Assembly: GCA_963707025.1 (NCBI GenBank)
Contig: CAVPOM010000018.1
Span: 32,001-96,000, forward strand
DNA from: an uncultured Verrucomicrobiae bacterium
GTDB lineage: Bacteria > Verrucomicrobiota > Verrucomicrobiia > Limisphaerales > Palsa-1400
DNA length: 64,000 bases
Direction: 5' to 3'
Shown here piece by piece: positions 52,321 to 63,387 of this stretch (the first letter of the stretch is position 1; every line of letters begins with the position of its first letter). The notes beneath the pieces are model-generated. The model saw nothing but the letters and a program-made list of their open reading frames with translations, did not search any database and was not told where the DNA came from. The position numbers and the translations under genes were made by a program.

Positions 52321-52576
52321 TTGGGTCTTTTCACTATCCCGCTTTTCGGCGAGCCTCCTCGTGGAACCGCGAACCTGGTGAAGAATGGCGCATCGAAACC
52401 AACAAAGGCGCCGCCGAAAACCAACTAGAATGACGCCCGCACCTGCTTCAAAGCCGCTTGGCCAGGACTGTCAACGACACATCGGCAGGTTTGGGGCCTG
52501 ACTGCGCCAAGTAAAGCCGGTTCCACTCCGCCTTCGCGGTTGACATCACCCGCCCGGCGTGGCTCCGTTCAAAGAC

Positions 52577-53089
52577 ATGAAAGACCAGGAGCCGCCGTTC
52601 GAGAAGCCGGGGCAACCGTGGTCCCGGAAGATTACGCTGGCCATCTGGTGCGCCGTCTTCAGTGCGATCCTGGCGATGTGGGCAAGCCATTCCTGCGCGG
52701 GGGGAGGCCCGGTTTCAACCCGCCTTGGGAACGCCATGCAGGCGCTGGCCACGAATCCCACGCAGTTTGTCCAGAGCCGCTTCACGGGCGGTGTCGGCGT
52801 GGTGCTGGCCATGGATCCGGCGGTGGGGCTGCCGACGGTGATGGAGGTCCTGGCAGGCTCGCCGGCGGACAGGGCCGGACTGCGCCGGGGGGACGTGATT
52901 ACGCAGGTCAGTGGCGCGACGATGACCGGCCAAAAACTGGCGCAAGTGGTGGAAGCCATGAGCGGTTTCAGCGCGGGCAGCGTGGCGATCACGGTGTTGC
53001 GCGGCCAGACCAACCGGACTCGTCTGGACTTTGTCATTCACCGCAATTCCCTGAACACCTTGCTCCAACTCACCAACTCAAGCCACTAA
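52577..53089 (+). CDS. Membrane-anchored PDZ domain protein
   Basis: TM then GGVGVVL..VLAGSPADRAGLRRGDVITQV. Confidence 0.8.
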   Translation: MKDQEPPFEKPGQPWSRKITLAIWCAVFSAILAMWASHSCAGGGPVSTRLGNAMQALATNPTQFVQSRFTGGVGVVLAMDPAVGLPTVMEVLAGSPADRAGLRRGDVITQVSGATMTGQKLAQVVEAMSGFSAGSVAITVLRGQTNRTRLDFVIHRNSLNTLLQLTNSSH

Positions 53090-53213
53090 CACCCGCGCTT
53101 TCAATCCCTTTGCCGGGCAGCCGTTGCCCAGCTTCGGATATGTGCCCATGGCAAAGCCATGACAGTTCCTTCCTCGCGCCGCGGCAACCGCACTGCGCGG
53201 CAAAAAGACTGGC

Positions 53214-53645
53214 TCAGAACCTGGACTTGGAATGTTCGTGCAGCAGCGTGTCCGCGATGTCAATGACGCTAAAAATGGATTGCTGAATGGCGAACCCCGC
53301 CGCGATGGCCAGCCCTTCCAGCATCATGGTGACTATCGGCACTTTCCAGGTGGCCAGATCAAGCCCTTTTGCCATGACCCAGACCGTGGGGGTGAGGAAA
53401 AGTATGGATATAATTGACAACAAAAGACAGACATTGATGATGAAGCGAATGGCCGGATATGCGGAATTTGAACGGATGAGACCAAGGTGGGCTTTGACGC
53501 GCTGCTTGGCCGTCAGCGTGTTTGGGATGAAGAGCGGGGTTTCCATTTTGCAATGCGGACACTCGGAACGCGTGCCGGGCTGAAAGCCTTGCGTTTCAAA
53601 TTCAATGTGTCCGTTGCAATGCTGGCAGGAACATTTGACGATCAT
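53214..53645 (-). CDS. Zinc-ribbon membrane protein
   Basis: CQHC..CPHC followed by two TMs and DIADTLL. Confidence 0.75.
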   Translation of the reverse strand: MIVKCSCQHCNGHIEFETQGFQPGTRSECPHCKMETPLFIPNTLTAKQRVKAHLGLIRSNSAYPAIRFIINVCLLLSIISILFLTPTVWVMAKGLDLATWKVPIVTMMLEGLAIAAGFAIQQSIFSVIDIADTLLHEHSKSRF

Positions 53646-54023
53646 ATTTTTCCTTTGGTTGGCTTCGTGTTCAACTATCCACCGGCAGGGCGGTGATGTC
53701 CAGCAGCTTGTCCGTCGCCTGCCATCGCCGCCCCGGAGGCGCATTGGAGAAACGGTTTTGCCAATCAAAGCGGCCGGCCTGATGCGAGCCAAGTCTCGGA
53801 CGGTTTCGTTGAATGAGCAGGATTTGGGTTTGAGCTGAACGGCGCTTAGATAAGGAATTCGGCTTTTAACGTGTTTAATTTAAGCACCTTACATAGGGTG
53901 CTTGTCTATCGCGCTACAAAGACCTGGAAATCGCTTTATGTGATGCAATTAACACCTGATTCTTAGCGGGAGGCTCCGGCTTTTGGTGGGTGGGACAAAG
54001 CATCAAACCGCCGGCCGGCAGCC

Positions 54024-56420
54024 TCACCGTTCTTTGACTTCGATCCAAGTTTGCCGCGTGGCCCCGGTGCCGGGATCGCGCACGGTCAATTCGTGCCGGC
54101 CCAAGGCCAGGAGGGCCAGGCTCCGTCCGCCTTGCTGGCGGCATTCCAGCGAATCGCTGGACCATTCGGCTGCCTCCGCCCCCTCCGCGCTCAGATAGAG
54201 CAGGCGACCGTGATCCGGAAGGTCGGGGTCGAGAAAAAGGATGGTGCCGGGCAAGGGGAACGTGACCCGCAGGCTGCGGGCCGTGTCGCGCAGAACGGCC
54301 CGGCCCCCCAGCCAGTTGTCGCTGCCGGCCAGCCACTCCCGGTATTCCGGGCCGAGGATGACGCGTCCGGCGTCGTCGTAATCGCCGGGCCCGTTGGCCG
54401 GCGGCAGGACCTGGGCCATGAATCTATCGCTGACAGCATCGGGTTGCGACGAGAGCTTGCCGGTGAGAGGATTGATCCCGCGTTCCACGATGTCCGCCGG
54501 GCGGGCATACCAGCTCGTGCCGCATTGGTGGTGCAGATAATCGAAGAGTTCGTGCAGAATGGGCGCGGCGCCGGCGACACCGGAAATGTTCCGCATGGGC
54601 GAGCCGTCAAAATTCCCCACCCAAACTCCCACGGTGAATTCCGGCGTGTAACCAAAAGCCCAATTGTCCCGGAAATCCGAGCTGGTCCCCGTTTTGCACG
54701 CCACTGGATATTCAAATCGCAACGAGGATTCCGGCCCGAAAGCCCCCGCGCGCGCGTCATTGTCGCTCAGAATGTCGGCGATCAGCCAGGCCGCGTCCCC
54801 GTCGCCCACGCGCTCGCCGGCGTTTTGGCCGGGGGCGGCCGGCAGGAGGCGGTAGGGCCGGCAGACGCCCAAACGGGCCAGGCAGGCATAGGCGTTGGCC
54901 AGTTCGAGCAGCCGCGCTTCTGCGTTGCCGATCGCCAGGCCCAGTCCGTAGTAATCCTCCGCATGGGTCAGGGTGGAGAGCCGGCAGCGCCGCAGCAGAT
55001 CGAGCAGCGGCCCTGCTCCGCCCAACGAATCGAGGACCTTCACCGCTGAAATGTTGAGCGAATTGGCCAGCGCCTCGCGATAGCGCACGGGGCCGTAACA
55101 ATGACGATCATAGTTGACAGGCGAGAACAGGCCGGTGCGGGTGGCAAATTCCGTCGGCACATCCGCCACGACGGAGGCGGGCGTCGCGCCCCGTTGCAAC
55201 GCCAGCCAGTAAAGGAACGGTTTTAAAGCCGACCCGGTCGAACGCGGGGCCCAGGCGCCATCCACCTGCCCGGACTGCGCCGAAAAATAATCGCGCGATC
55301 CGACCAGGGCGAGCACGTTGCCGGTTTGATTCTCGATGACCACCAGCGCGCCCTCGCCGGCGCGTTCGGCCTGCAAGGCGTCGAGTTGCCGGCGCAAGGT
55401 TTGCCCGGCGAAACGGTTGAGGCGCAAGTCCAGCGTGGTGCGGACACTGCGATTTCCCGCCGCCACTCCTCCCTGTTCCAGCAGCAGATCGACAAAATGC
55501 GGGGCTTCGAAGACGCGGCCACCCTGGGCCAGCCGCAGCGGCTCGCGCCACGCGCGCTGGAATTCATCCCCGGTCAACCAACCCGCCTTGCGCATGCGCG
55601 TGAGAATCCAGACCTGGCGGCGGCGGGCGGCGGCGAAATGCGCGCGCGGATTCAATCGCGCCGGGGACTGCGGCAACCCGGCCAGCAGCGCGCATTCGGC
55701 CGTGCTCAGATCGCGCGGCGGTTTGGCGAAATAGAATTGGGCCGCCGCCACGCAACCGCGGTTGTAGTTGCCGTAATCAACCCGATTCAGGTACTCGGTC
55801 AGAATCCGCTGCTTGTCCCAGATTTGCTCCAGGCGCAGCGCCTGCGCCGTCTCCATGATTTTGGCCTGGAACGTCCGCGGCCGGGGCGCGCTCAACTTGA
55901 TCAATTGCTGCGTGATGGTGGAAGCGCCGGAGATGATGCGCCGGTTCCAAATCAATTGCCAGGCGGCGCGCAAGTCCGCCCCCCAATCCACCCCGTGATG
56001 ACGCCAGAACCGGCCGTCCTCCGCCGCCAGCGTGGCGCTGACCAGCGCCTGGGGCATTTCCGCCAGGGACGCGCCCTGTTGGAAAGGACGGTCGCCGTCG
56101 CGGGTCAGGCGCAAAGGCTCGCCGTTCCGGTCCAACAACTCGACGACCGGCGATGGAGGCGTGAACAAGGCTGCCGGCAACGGCACGAAGGAAACCAGGA
56201 TCGGCGCAAGCAGGACCAACCCTATCGCCGCGCCCAGCCCCGTGATAATGCGGAGCCTGAATCGGAGTGCGCCCGTCCTCGGGCGCAGCAAGTTTGGAGT
56301 GTCCCGACGCGACCAAGTATTCCACGGCTTGTTTGCACTTTCGCGGTGCTGCGCCCGAGGACGGGCGCACTCCGGGCTTGTCGCGCACCCCGCCGTCTCC
56401 TCGATCAAGCGTTTCTTCAT
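54024..56420 (-). CDS. pbpC: Penicillin-binding protein 1C
   Basis: EDGRFWRHHGVD, GASTITQQ, SALK, SLN, KTGT; ATG at 56420 overlaps the A2M stop (ATGA). Confidence 0.92.
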   Translation of the reverse strand: MKKRLIEETAGCATSPECARPRAQHRESANKPWNTWSRRDTPNLLRPRTGALRFRLRIITGLGAAIGLVLLAPILVSFVPLPAALFTPPSPVVELLDRNGEPLRLTRDGDRPFQQGASLAEMPQALVSATLAAEDGRFWRHHGVDWGADLRAAWQLIWNRRIISGASTITQQLIKLSAPRPRTFQAKIMETAQALRLEQIWDKQRILTEYLNRVDYGNYNRGCVAAAQFYFAKPPRDLSTAECALLAGLPQSPARLNPRAHFAAARRRQVWILTRMRKAGWLTGDEFQRAWREPLRLAQGGRVFEAPHFVDLLLEQGGVAAGNRSVRTTLDLRLNRFAGQTLRRQLDALQAERAGEGALVVIENQTGNVLALVGSRDYFSAQSGQVDGAWAPRSTGSALKPFLYWLALQRGATPASVVADVPTEFATRTGLFSPVNYDRHCYGPVRYREALANSLNISAVKVLDSLGGAGPLLDLLRRCRLSTLTHAEDYYGLGLAIGNAEARLLELANAYACLARLGVCRPYRLLPAAPGQNAGERVGDGDAAWLIADILSDNDARAGAFGPESSLRFEYPVACKTGTSSDFRDNWAFGYTPEFTVGVWVGNFDGSPMRNISGVAGAAPILHELFDYLHHQCGTSWYARPADIVERGINPLTGKLSSQPDAVSDRFMAQVLPPANGPGDYDDAGRVILGPEYREWLAGSDNWLGGRAVLRDTARSLRVTFPLPGTILFLDPDLPDHGRLLYLSAEGAEAAEWSSDSLECRQQGGRSLALLALGRHELTVRDPGTGATRQTWIEVKER
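56263..56374. repeat. Perfect 28-bp inverted REP-like doublet inside the 5' end of pbpC
   Basis: CGGAGTGCGCCCGTCCTCGGGCGCAGCA, 56-nt spacer, then the exact reverse complement. Confidence 0.92.
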
Positions 56421-59400
56421 TTTCCCAGGAGGGTTTGCGTCCCGGTCAGCCCGAAACGCTGCGGATGATACATTTCCTCCACCGTGCCCGAAGGCGCGTG
56501 AACCTCGCCGGCCGCGCGGACGCGCGCGCCATAACTCAGCTTGTAGTTTCCGGCGGGCAACGCGTCGGCGAAGAACAAGGCGCGATCCTTGCGGAATTCG
56601 TGAAAGTCCCACATCCAGTCCGGCTCCCCGCCGGCCGCAAAGGCCGAGGGCACCGACTCCAGTATGGCCGGCAACGGATCATCCACGACCACGTAGCGGG
56701 CCGCCTCCCGCGCCGACAATTCCAGCGTGACCAGGACGCGGTCGCCCACGGTCAATTCGCCGCCGCACGGCTGGTTTTCCCCGTCCAAACGCTGATAACG
56801 CCGTTGCAATCCGAATCCCTCGTCTTCCCGGGGTTGCGCGGCGCCGGGCGGGCGGATTTCGAAGGCGGCGGAGGCGTAGAGGCGGCGCGCCGGGGAATTT
56901 AGAATGACGGGAAACGATTCCGCATCTCCCGTCAAGTCGAATGTCCTGTCAAACAACGGCTGCGCCGCGTCCAGCCGGAAGGGAATGGTTTGGCCGCGCC
57001 AGCGCAACTCTCCGGCGGCGGGCTGGAGAGCGCCTTCGACGCGGCGCGCATATTCCGTCAAGGCCAGCAGCGCCCAGGCGTCGCCCTGGGTCGTGCCCCA
57101 ATGGGCCTCGCGCTGTTCGCGCAGGAGCGCGTCAAACAGCGGCGGCACTTCCCGGCTTCCGGGCTGAAACCGCATCCAGGCCAGGAGACGGATGGCCAGA
57201 GCGCGCGGCGCGCCAGCCAAGCCGTCCGGCGCCGCGCGGCGGGAAGCCCGGTTTGTCATCAATAATTCCCCGGCCATTTCCGGCGGGCCGTGGGCTTGCA
57301 GAACGGCCAGCGCCAGGAGGGCCTTGTCCTCGGCCGAAAGCTGGCCGCGCCGGGAGAAAAATTTCTCGTGGTAACCCGGTTCGGCCCGCCCGGCCAGGGC
57401 CAGGGCGTAAAGGGCCAGGCAGGTGTCGGAGAGCGACCCCTCGTCGGCGCCCGGTTCCCGCAATTGCGCGCTGAGGCCGGCAAGCAGTTTGTCGAATTCC
57501 GGTTCGGGCAGCGTCCAGCCGCGCTGTCGGGCCAGGGTCAACACCATGGCCCCGTAGGCGCTGGCCCAGAGCGTCGGTTGGCGCGCCTGCGGCCAGTAGC
57601 CCAGGCCGCCGCCGGGAGTTTGCATCGTAAAGAGCCGCTCCACGCCGGCCTGGATCGCGCGCGCGACATCATTGGAACGGCCGCCCATGACGGAACGCAA
57701 CGCCGGCGCGTCGCTCAACACAATCCACGGCAGCATACTGGAGCCGGTTTGTTCGGCGCAGCCGTAGGGATAATGCAGCAACTGCGAGACCGCCTCGCTC
57801 AATTCGCTCAGGCGCGTGTTGGAAACGCGGATGGTCACGGTGCCTGTTCCAGCCAGAAACTGCGGGTTCGCCCTGGCAAACAAGTTGGTCGCAAGACCAT
57901 CCACGGTTGCCAGGAGCGTCTGATGCAACAGCGGCGAAACGTAGCCGACCTCGAGGCGGCATTCGGTGGCGTCGGTGAATTCACGCGGGGCCTCGGCGAA
58001 CCAGGCCCGCCATATCCACTTCGCCGGTCCGGCGGCGGCAAAGGTGACGGGGAATTCGGCCGCTTCCGATCCGCCGGCGGCAATTTGAATTTGTTGGTTG
58101 GTGCTGTTGGCCCGCGCCTTGTCATCCAGCTCCAATTTTACGACGACAACACCCGCATGGCTGCTTTGATTGTGAATCACAGCGCGCGCCAGGATGTGAT
58201 CGCCGATATGGGCGAACTGCGGCAGCGCCGGCTCGATCAGCAACGGCTTGCTCACCGCAAACGCCGATTGGCCGGAGCCGAATCGGTCGTCCAGGTGCGC
58301 CACCGCCATGATGCGGTAGCGCGTCAAACTGTCGGGCGCAGGGAACGTGGCGGTGACGGACCCTTGCGGGCCGGTGACCAAAGTCGCGTTCCAAAACGCG
58401 CAGGCGAGGAAGTTCTGGCGCACCCGGCTCCGCCCGCCTCCTCCTCCCATGTAGCCTTTATTGGCATACCGCCGCGGTGCGGGGTCCTCCGGCAGCAGGT
58501 TCGGCAGGGAAATGCCGGAACGGACCGCCAACGGGCGCGGCGCATAGAAGACCGCGCCCGGCTCGGGCAAGGCCGGGCTGCCGAGGCTAAGGATGCCTTC
58601 GTCCACCGCGTAGAGCGTCACTTCCGCGCCGGCCACGGCAGCGTTGGAAATATCGTTGACATTAACCGTGACCTCCACCGCTTGGGCGGGCAGATAATTC
58701 GTGGCCGGGCAGACGACCGACACGGCAAGCCGGCTGGCCGGGTCGCGCACAGGCAGTTGGCAAAAGCCGATGCGGTACTCCGGCTCCTTGATATGACGCG
58801 GGCAGTCATCGGAACCGCGCGCCAAAAGGACCGAGACAAAAACATTGGGCGAGTCGCCGCGCTCGATGGGAATTTCAATCACGGGCGCGTTGCCTTGCAG
58901 CCGCGCGGAAAAGGAACGGAGCACTTTGTCGCGTTCGATAGTTACCCACGCCACGCCGCTGAAAGGCGCCTTGACCAGCAGTCGCGCCGTCTCTCCGGGC
59001 GCGTATTCGGGACGGTCGGGCTTGAGGTCCATGCGGACTTCGTTGCGATAATTCCAGGCCAGCCTGCCGGGCGCGGCGACAGAGAATTCCAGGGAACTGG
59101 CCGCCTTGCGCCCGTGCGCGTCCTCGGCGGAAAGCTCCAGCACGTATTGTCCCGCCGGGGCGGCGGCCAGGAATTGGTTTGTCACCCCGCGGAAGTCAAT
59201 GTCGCGTTCGAGCACGTTGGAATAAACCGCCTGAGTGCGATAGCGGATGGTCCTGCCGGCGCCTTGCACCCGCACCGGCTGCCAATCCACACGCTGGAGT
59301 TGCAGATGCGCGGCCACCGGGTGCGGCCAGGATTTTCCGTCCGCCCCGACGGCCACAATTTGCAGGGGCGCTTCCTGGCCGGCGGTCCAAACCGAGTTCG

Positions 59401-61846
59401 TTTGGCACAAACCCAGATAAAAATCCGAGCTGTGACAGGTGAACCGGGCGCTGCTGGAAATAGTTTGCTGGTCAATATCGGTGGTTTCGACCAAAAGCGA
59501 TACCTGGCGCGGGCCGGGCGCCAGGTTATTCGACGGTATTTCCGGGCCGATGACACAGCCTGTGGAGTTGGACATCCGCGTCTGGCCGGAGAGGGCCAGA
59601 TGCGAGCCGGGCGAAACACCGAGGAAACTGAACGAATCGAATCCCGCCGGGTTGAAACCGCCCGCATCCACCTCCATTGTCCAGTTGACACGCGCCCGGG
59701 ACACCGGCTGGCCGAAGTAATAACGGGCGGAAACGGGGATCTCCACTTTGTCCCCGGCCGCGCATTCGGTTTTGGCTTGCACGCTCACTTCAAACGGGTT
59801 CGGCTGAAACTCGCGGACTTGGATGGCATGCACGGCATCCGAACCGGCCAAATGGAAGCGCGCGACATACTCGCCGCACGGCCCCGCCGGCAGGGGCACA
59901 TCCACCGAGCAGGCGCCGCGCGCGCTGAACTGGACGTTGTTCGAATAGAACGATTTTCCCCGCGCGTCAAAACATTCCAACCTGCCGGCCAATTCGGATG
60001 GAATCGCCAGACCGACCCGCGTCCAGTCCCGCGCCAGCGCCTTGAGATGGAGCGTTTCATTCGGGCGGTAAAATTCGCGGTCGCTGAAGACCATCAGAGG
60101 AGGGGCGGGCACGGCTTCGCCGCGCCCGAGGCAGGGAAGATCAAAGCCGTAAAGCGGGATGCCGTGCTCCTCGATTTTCAAGGCGTGGAAGTCCTGTCCC
60201 AGCACGGCCGCCAGCCATTGCGCGTTGGTCGGGCACTTCAGATGCGCCAGGCCGCCGGCGTCGGTCATGGCCTCTTGCAGAACTTGGTTTTCGTCGTCCA
60301 ACAAGCGCACGCCCGCGCCCGCGGCGGGCTGTCCCGTGCTTTGCGAAAAGACAAAGGCATGCAGGTCCCCGCCGGCGGTTTTCCAGGCCAGGCCGAGATC
60401 GGTCAATTGCATCAGGGCCTGCGTGCCCAGGCGCGGGCCGGATTCATAACGCCCGCCCGCCCGCTCCGCCTCGACAAAAATGACCCCGGTCTTGCGCCCC
60501 CCCAGCATTTGATCCCAGTCCAGCATCACGTTGGTGGCCGTGTCCGATTGTAAAGCGCCGCCCAGCTCTTTATCGAAGACCGTTCGACCGGCGATCAAAT
60601 TATAATTCACCCGCCGGTAGCGCTCGCCGGCGACGCCATAGTCAGGCCAGGGGCGGAAGTAGCTGTCGTAGCCGCGCAAGGCGTAAATGGCCGCGTCCGG
60701 TTCCAGCAGTTTGGCGCGGAGCCGGACGGTCGGCACGTTGACAGCCAGCAGTGGAAGCTGGCGCCGTCCCACCGCCTGCTGGTCCCCGGAAAAAGCCGGA
60801 AAATAAAGCCGCGGCGGAATGGCAGGCATGATGAGGTTGGTCCGCGCGGCCTGGTCCAGAGTGAAGGATTCCTCGGCGGGCAAGCCGGCGCGCGCGGCAA
60901 GCTGGTAGCAGGTGCCGCTGTGAAAATCGCCCCGCAAAATCAGGCATCGGCCGCCGGTCTCCGCCACGATGTTGGAGGCGAATGGCTTCAGTCTGATCCA
61001 ACGGTTCCATTGGTTGGTCAACGACGGCGCCACCGGCTTTGAAAACCGGAGAACAATCGAAGCGCCGCCTTCAATAAAGTGATGCGCGACAGCCCCCTCA
61101 AAAACAAACGGACGCACGTCGCCGAGTTGGATTTCTGTGCCCGTGCGCAGGCGCAATCCCTTTTCGAGCGCAGGAAGACCAGGCCGCAGGACCAACCGCC
61201 AGTCGTTGCCGACCGGCAACGGCCGTTGCGGCGCCGCCAGGACCAGGTTGGAAGCGGGATTAGCCCGCACCTCCCAGCGCGGAAAATCCCAAGGCACGTC
61301 TTCGTTTGTGCCCTGCCAGATTTCAGCCGCCCGGCGCTCGCCCTGGGCGTCGCGGAATTCCGCGTACGCCCCCAATTCGGCGGCGCGCACGGGCGCGTTG
61401 AAAACGAGCGTGACGACCGGTTCCGAATTCATCTCCGCATGGTTCGGCCGGGGAGCCGGATAGACGAGGGACAGCGGCGGCGTTTGCACGCGCCGGCGCA
61501 AAACGGCCAGAGACGGGCGTCCATCCGCGCCCGGCAAACCGGACCGCAAAGAAAGTGCGTAGCGGCGGTCCAGCGCCAGGGGTTCGGACGGCACAAACGC
61601 GCCGCTGCGCGGACTGAGCCAGGTGAAGACGCCAGGCAAGGCCGGCTGGATGACCAGCGGCGACGGTTCGGCCGGACGGCCGATTTTTTCCGGCCCGGCC
61701 ATCGGCTGGTCAAACCGCACTTCAAAGGTCGTGGCCGGACCGGGCGGGGAAGGATTGAGAATCAGCTCGACGTGTTCGGAGCGGTTATGATGGAGATCGC
61801 AGCCCAGCAGCAAAAGGGCGGCGCCGGCGGCAAAGAGATTTTTCAT
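56417..61846 (-). CDS. Bacterial alpha-2-macroglobulin lipoprotein
   Basis: Lipobox LLGC, DREFYRP MG motif, AVDEGIL, PDSLTRYR, intact thioester motif YPYGCAEQ, EEMYHP; adjacent to pbpC. Confidence 0.93.
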   Translation of the reverse strand: MKNLFAAGAALLLLGCDLHHNRSEHVELILNPSPPGPATTFEVRFDQPMAGPEKIGRPAEPSPLVIQPALPGVFTWLSPRSGAFVPSEPLALDRRYALSLRSGLPGADGRPSLAVLRRRVQTPPLSLVYPAPRPNHAEMNSEPVVTLVFNAPVRAAELGAYAEFRDAQGERRAAEIWQGTNEDVPWDFPRWEVRANPASNLVLAAPQRPLPVGNDWRLVLRPGLPALEKGLRLRTGTEIQLGDVRPFVFEGAVAHHFIEGGASIVLRFSKPVAPSLTNQWNRWIRLKPFASNIVAETGGRCLILRGDFHSGTCYQLAARAGLPAEESFTLDQAARTNLIMPAIPPRLYFPAFSGDQQAVGRRQLPLLAVNVPTVRLRAKLLEPDAAIYALRGYDSYFRPWPDYGVAGERYRRVNYNLIAGRTVFDKELGGALQSDTATNVMLDWDQMLGGRKTGVIFVEAERAGGRYESGPRLGTQALMQLTDLGLAWKTAGGDLHAFVFSQSTGQPAAGAGVRLLDDENQVLQEAMTDAGGLAHLKCPTNAQWLAAVLGQDFHALKIEEHGIPLYGFDLPCLGRGEAVPAPPLMVFSDREFYRPNETLHLKALARDWTRVGLAIPSELAGRLECFDARGKSFYSNNVQFSARGACSVDVPLPAGPCGEYVARFHLAGSDAVHAIQVREFQPNPFEVSVQAKTECAAGDKVEIPVSARYYFGQPVSRARVNWTMEVDAGGFNPAGFDSFSFLGVSPGSHLALSGQTRMSNSTGCVIGPEIPSNNLAPGPRQVSLLVETTDIDQQTISSSARFTCHSSDFYLGLCQTNSVWTAGQEAPLQIVAVGADGKSWPHPVAAHLQLQRVDWQPVRVQGAGRTIRYRTQAVYSNVLERDIDFRGVTNQFLAAAPAGQYVLELSAEDAHGRKAASSLEFSVAAPGRLAWNYRNEVRMDLKPDRPEYAPGETARLLVKAPFSGVAWVTIERDKVLRSFSARLQGNAPVIEIPIERGDSPNVFVSVLLARGSDDCPRHIKEPEYRIGFCQLPVRDPASRLAVSVVCPATNYLPAQAVEVTVNVNDISNAAVAGAEVTLYAVDEGILSLGSPALPEPGAVFYAPRPLAVRSGISLPNLLPEDPAPRRYANKGYMGGGGGRSRVRQNFLACAFWNATLVTGPQGSVTATFPAPDSLTRYRIMAVAHLDDRFGSGQSAFAVSKPLLIEPALPQFAHIGDHILARAVIHNQSSHAGVVVVKLELDDKARANSTNQQIQIAAGGSEAAEFPVTFAAAGPAKWIWRAWFAEAPREFTDATECRLEVGYVSPLLHQTLLATVDGLATNLFARANPQFLAGTGTVTIRVSNTRLSELSEAVSQLLHYPYGCAEQTGSSMLPWIVLSDAPALRSVMGGRSNDVARAIQAGVERLFTMQTPGGGLGYWPQARQPTLWASAYGAMVLTLARQRGWTLPEPEFDKLLAGLSAQLREPGADEGSLSDTCLALYALALAGRAEPGYHEKFFSRRGQLSAEDKALLALAVLQAHGPPEMAGELLMTNRASRRAAPDGLAGAPRALAIRLLAWMRFQPGSREVPPLFDALLREQREAHWGTTQGDAWALLALTEYARRVEGALQPAAGELRWRGQTIPFRLDAAQPLFDRTFDLTGDAESFPVILNSPARRLYASAAFEIRPPGAAQPREDEGFGLQRRYQRLDGENQPCGGELTVGDRVLVTLELSAREAARYVVVDDPLPAILESVPSAFAAGGEPDWMWDFHEFRKDRALFFADALPAGNYKLSYGARVRAAGEVHAPSGTVEEMYHPQRFGLTGTQTLLGK

Positions 61847-62225
61847 AGGACAACCAGGCGTTCATCGTTTAAAGTTTAGTGTTGACGGCACGCCGCCAAC
61901 AGGGCGCGCGCAGCCCGAGTCGGGCGATGGAGGAAAAGGCCTAACCCATTTACGAATGGAGCGGGTGGAGGAAGAATGGAACCCAGACCATCAGCCTGAT
62001 TTCACTCACGAACCTCATGAACGAAATCAGCTTTGCAGATGACTGCCATAAAGGCCGCGCTTTGTCACGAAAAAAATGAAAGAAAATGAAAAATGAAGCC
62101 GCCCGAATCTTGAGCGAACGCCCGGGACGACGAGAAAACCCGGCCAGACCATGCCGTGGAATTGCGTCCTGAAGCAGGTCGAAGCCACAGGGGGGGTGGG
62201 CGTGCCTTCCTCCGGACCGCACGGC

Positions 62226-63375
62226 TCAGGAACGCTTCAAGACGTTTACCAGGCAGTGGAGACAACCGAAATGGCGGTAGGTGGCGGTGCAATCAACCAG
62301 CCGGACCTCGAAGCCCAGTTTCTCCCAGACCGTCCGGGCGGCGGCGTTCAGCGCCTCCGCACCCCGGTAATACGGCAGGTAAACGATCCGCCGATCGCCG
62401 GCGCAATCCAGCAGGACGTTGACATAGGTCAGGTAGGTTCTTCCATCCTGGGCGGGCACGACGGGGATGCGCACGACACGGTAGCCTGTCGCCTCACACT
62501 GTTGGGCGACCGCATCGAACAGATGTTGTGTCGCGACGGTGAAATCCGGGCCGCCGGGCAGATTCATGAATTCATTGCCCACGGCGCGGTCTTCTGCCTG
62601 GAATTGGGCCGGCACCAGATTTCTTCCGAGCCTGGGGTCGCCCACCAGCATGAGGCGCCCCCCTGGCGAGGCCATGAACATCCCGGCGTGGTGGTCAGGC
62701 GCCTCCTCGAGCAGGATGACCCGGCGTTTGACTTGTCTGGCCAGCGTGCTCAGGAACTCCACTCGGCTGCCCACGGTGTGCTGAAGGTTGCGCTGCAGGA
62801 CGCGCGGCGCCACAAACACGTTGTCGTTGTCAGACAGAAAATCGCCGCCGTCAAAATAAAGCCCGCTGCGGACCGCCCTGACCGGCGGCCCCAGCGCCGT
62901 GGCAATGTCCTGTGCCACCCGTTCGTCGCCCGCGCGCGCGGGCCAGATCTCCCCGGCGGTTTCGCCGCGGGGACTCCAGATGGTCACCGCGCCCGCCGCC
63001 GAAGCCGGCGTCAGGACCACCCAGCGGTCGCGCGACCAGGTTGTGATGGGATGATGGGTGACAATGGGGTCAAGCCGGGCATCGGATCTGGCCCAGCAGC
63101 GGGACAAAATCCTCGAAGGCGGGACGGTCGGGACAGACGACATGCACGGTGACATCAGGCTCCAGCGCTCCGAGGAAATCGCGGTAAACCGCTGCCACAA
63201 TCTCCTTGGCCGATGGCTCATAATGAACCACCAACTCGCGCATCCGCCCATCGCACTCGGAAAGAATCGGCCCGGAGGCCGCCGTCTTATCCGAACCGCT
63301 GCCGGACAAGGCCAGCACCGCCAATCCAACCACCAGCCCAATGGCGGCGCCCAGCGCGGTTTGCCAGCGGAACAT
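62226..63375 (-). CDS. Exported pentein-fold (agmatine/peptidylarginine deiminase-like) enzyme; 1-nt frameshift near 63078
   Basis: N-terminal signal/TM, WSRD, FDGGDF, TYVNVL and C-terminal GCLHC. Confidence 0.7.
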
Positions 63376-63387
63376 AACAACTGGCGT

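Noticed and set aside
56421..56612. Upstream start for pbpC given by the ORF track (56612)
   Set aside because: Lies inside the A2M coding region; the ATGA-coupled start at 56420 is more plausible.
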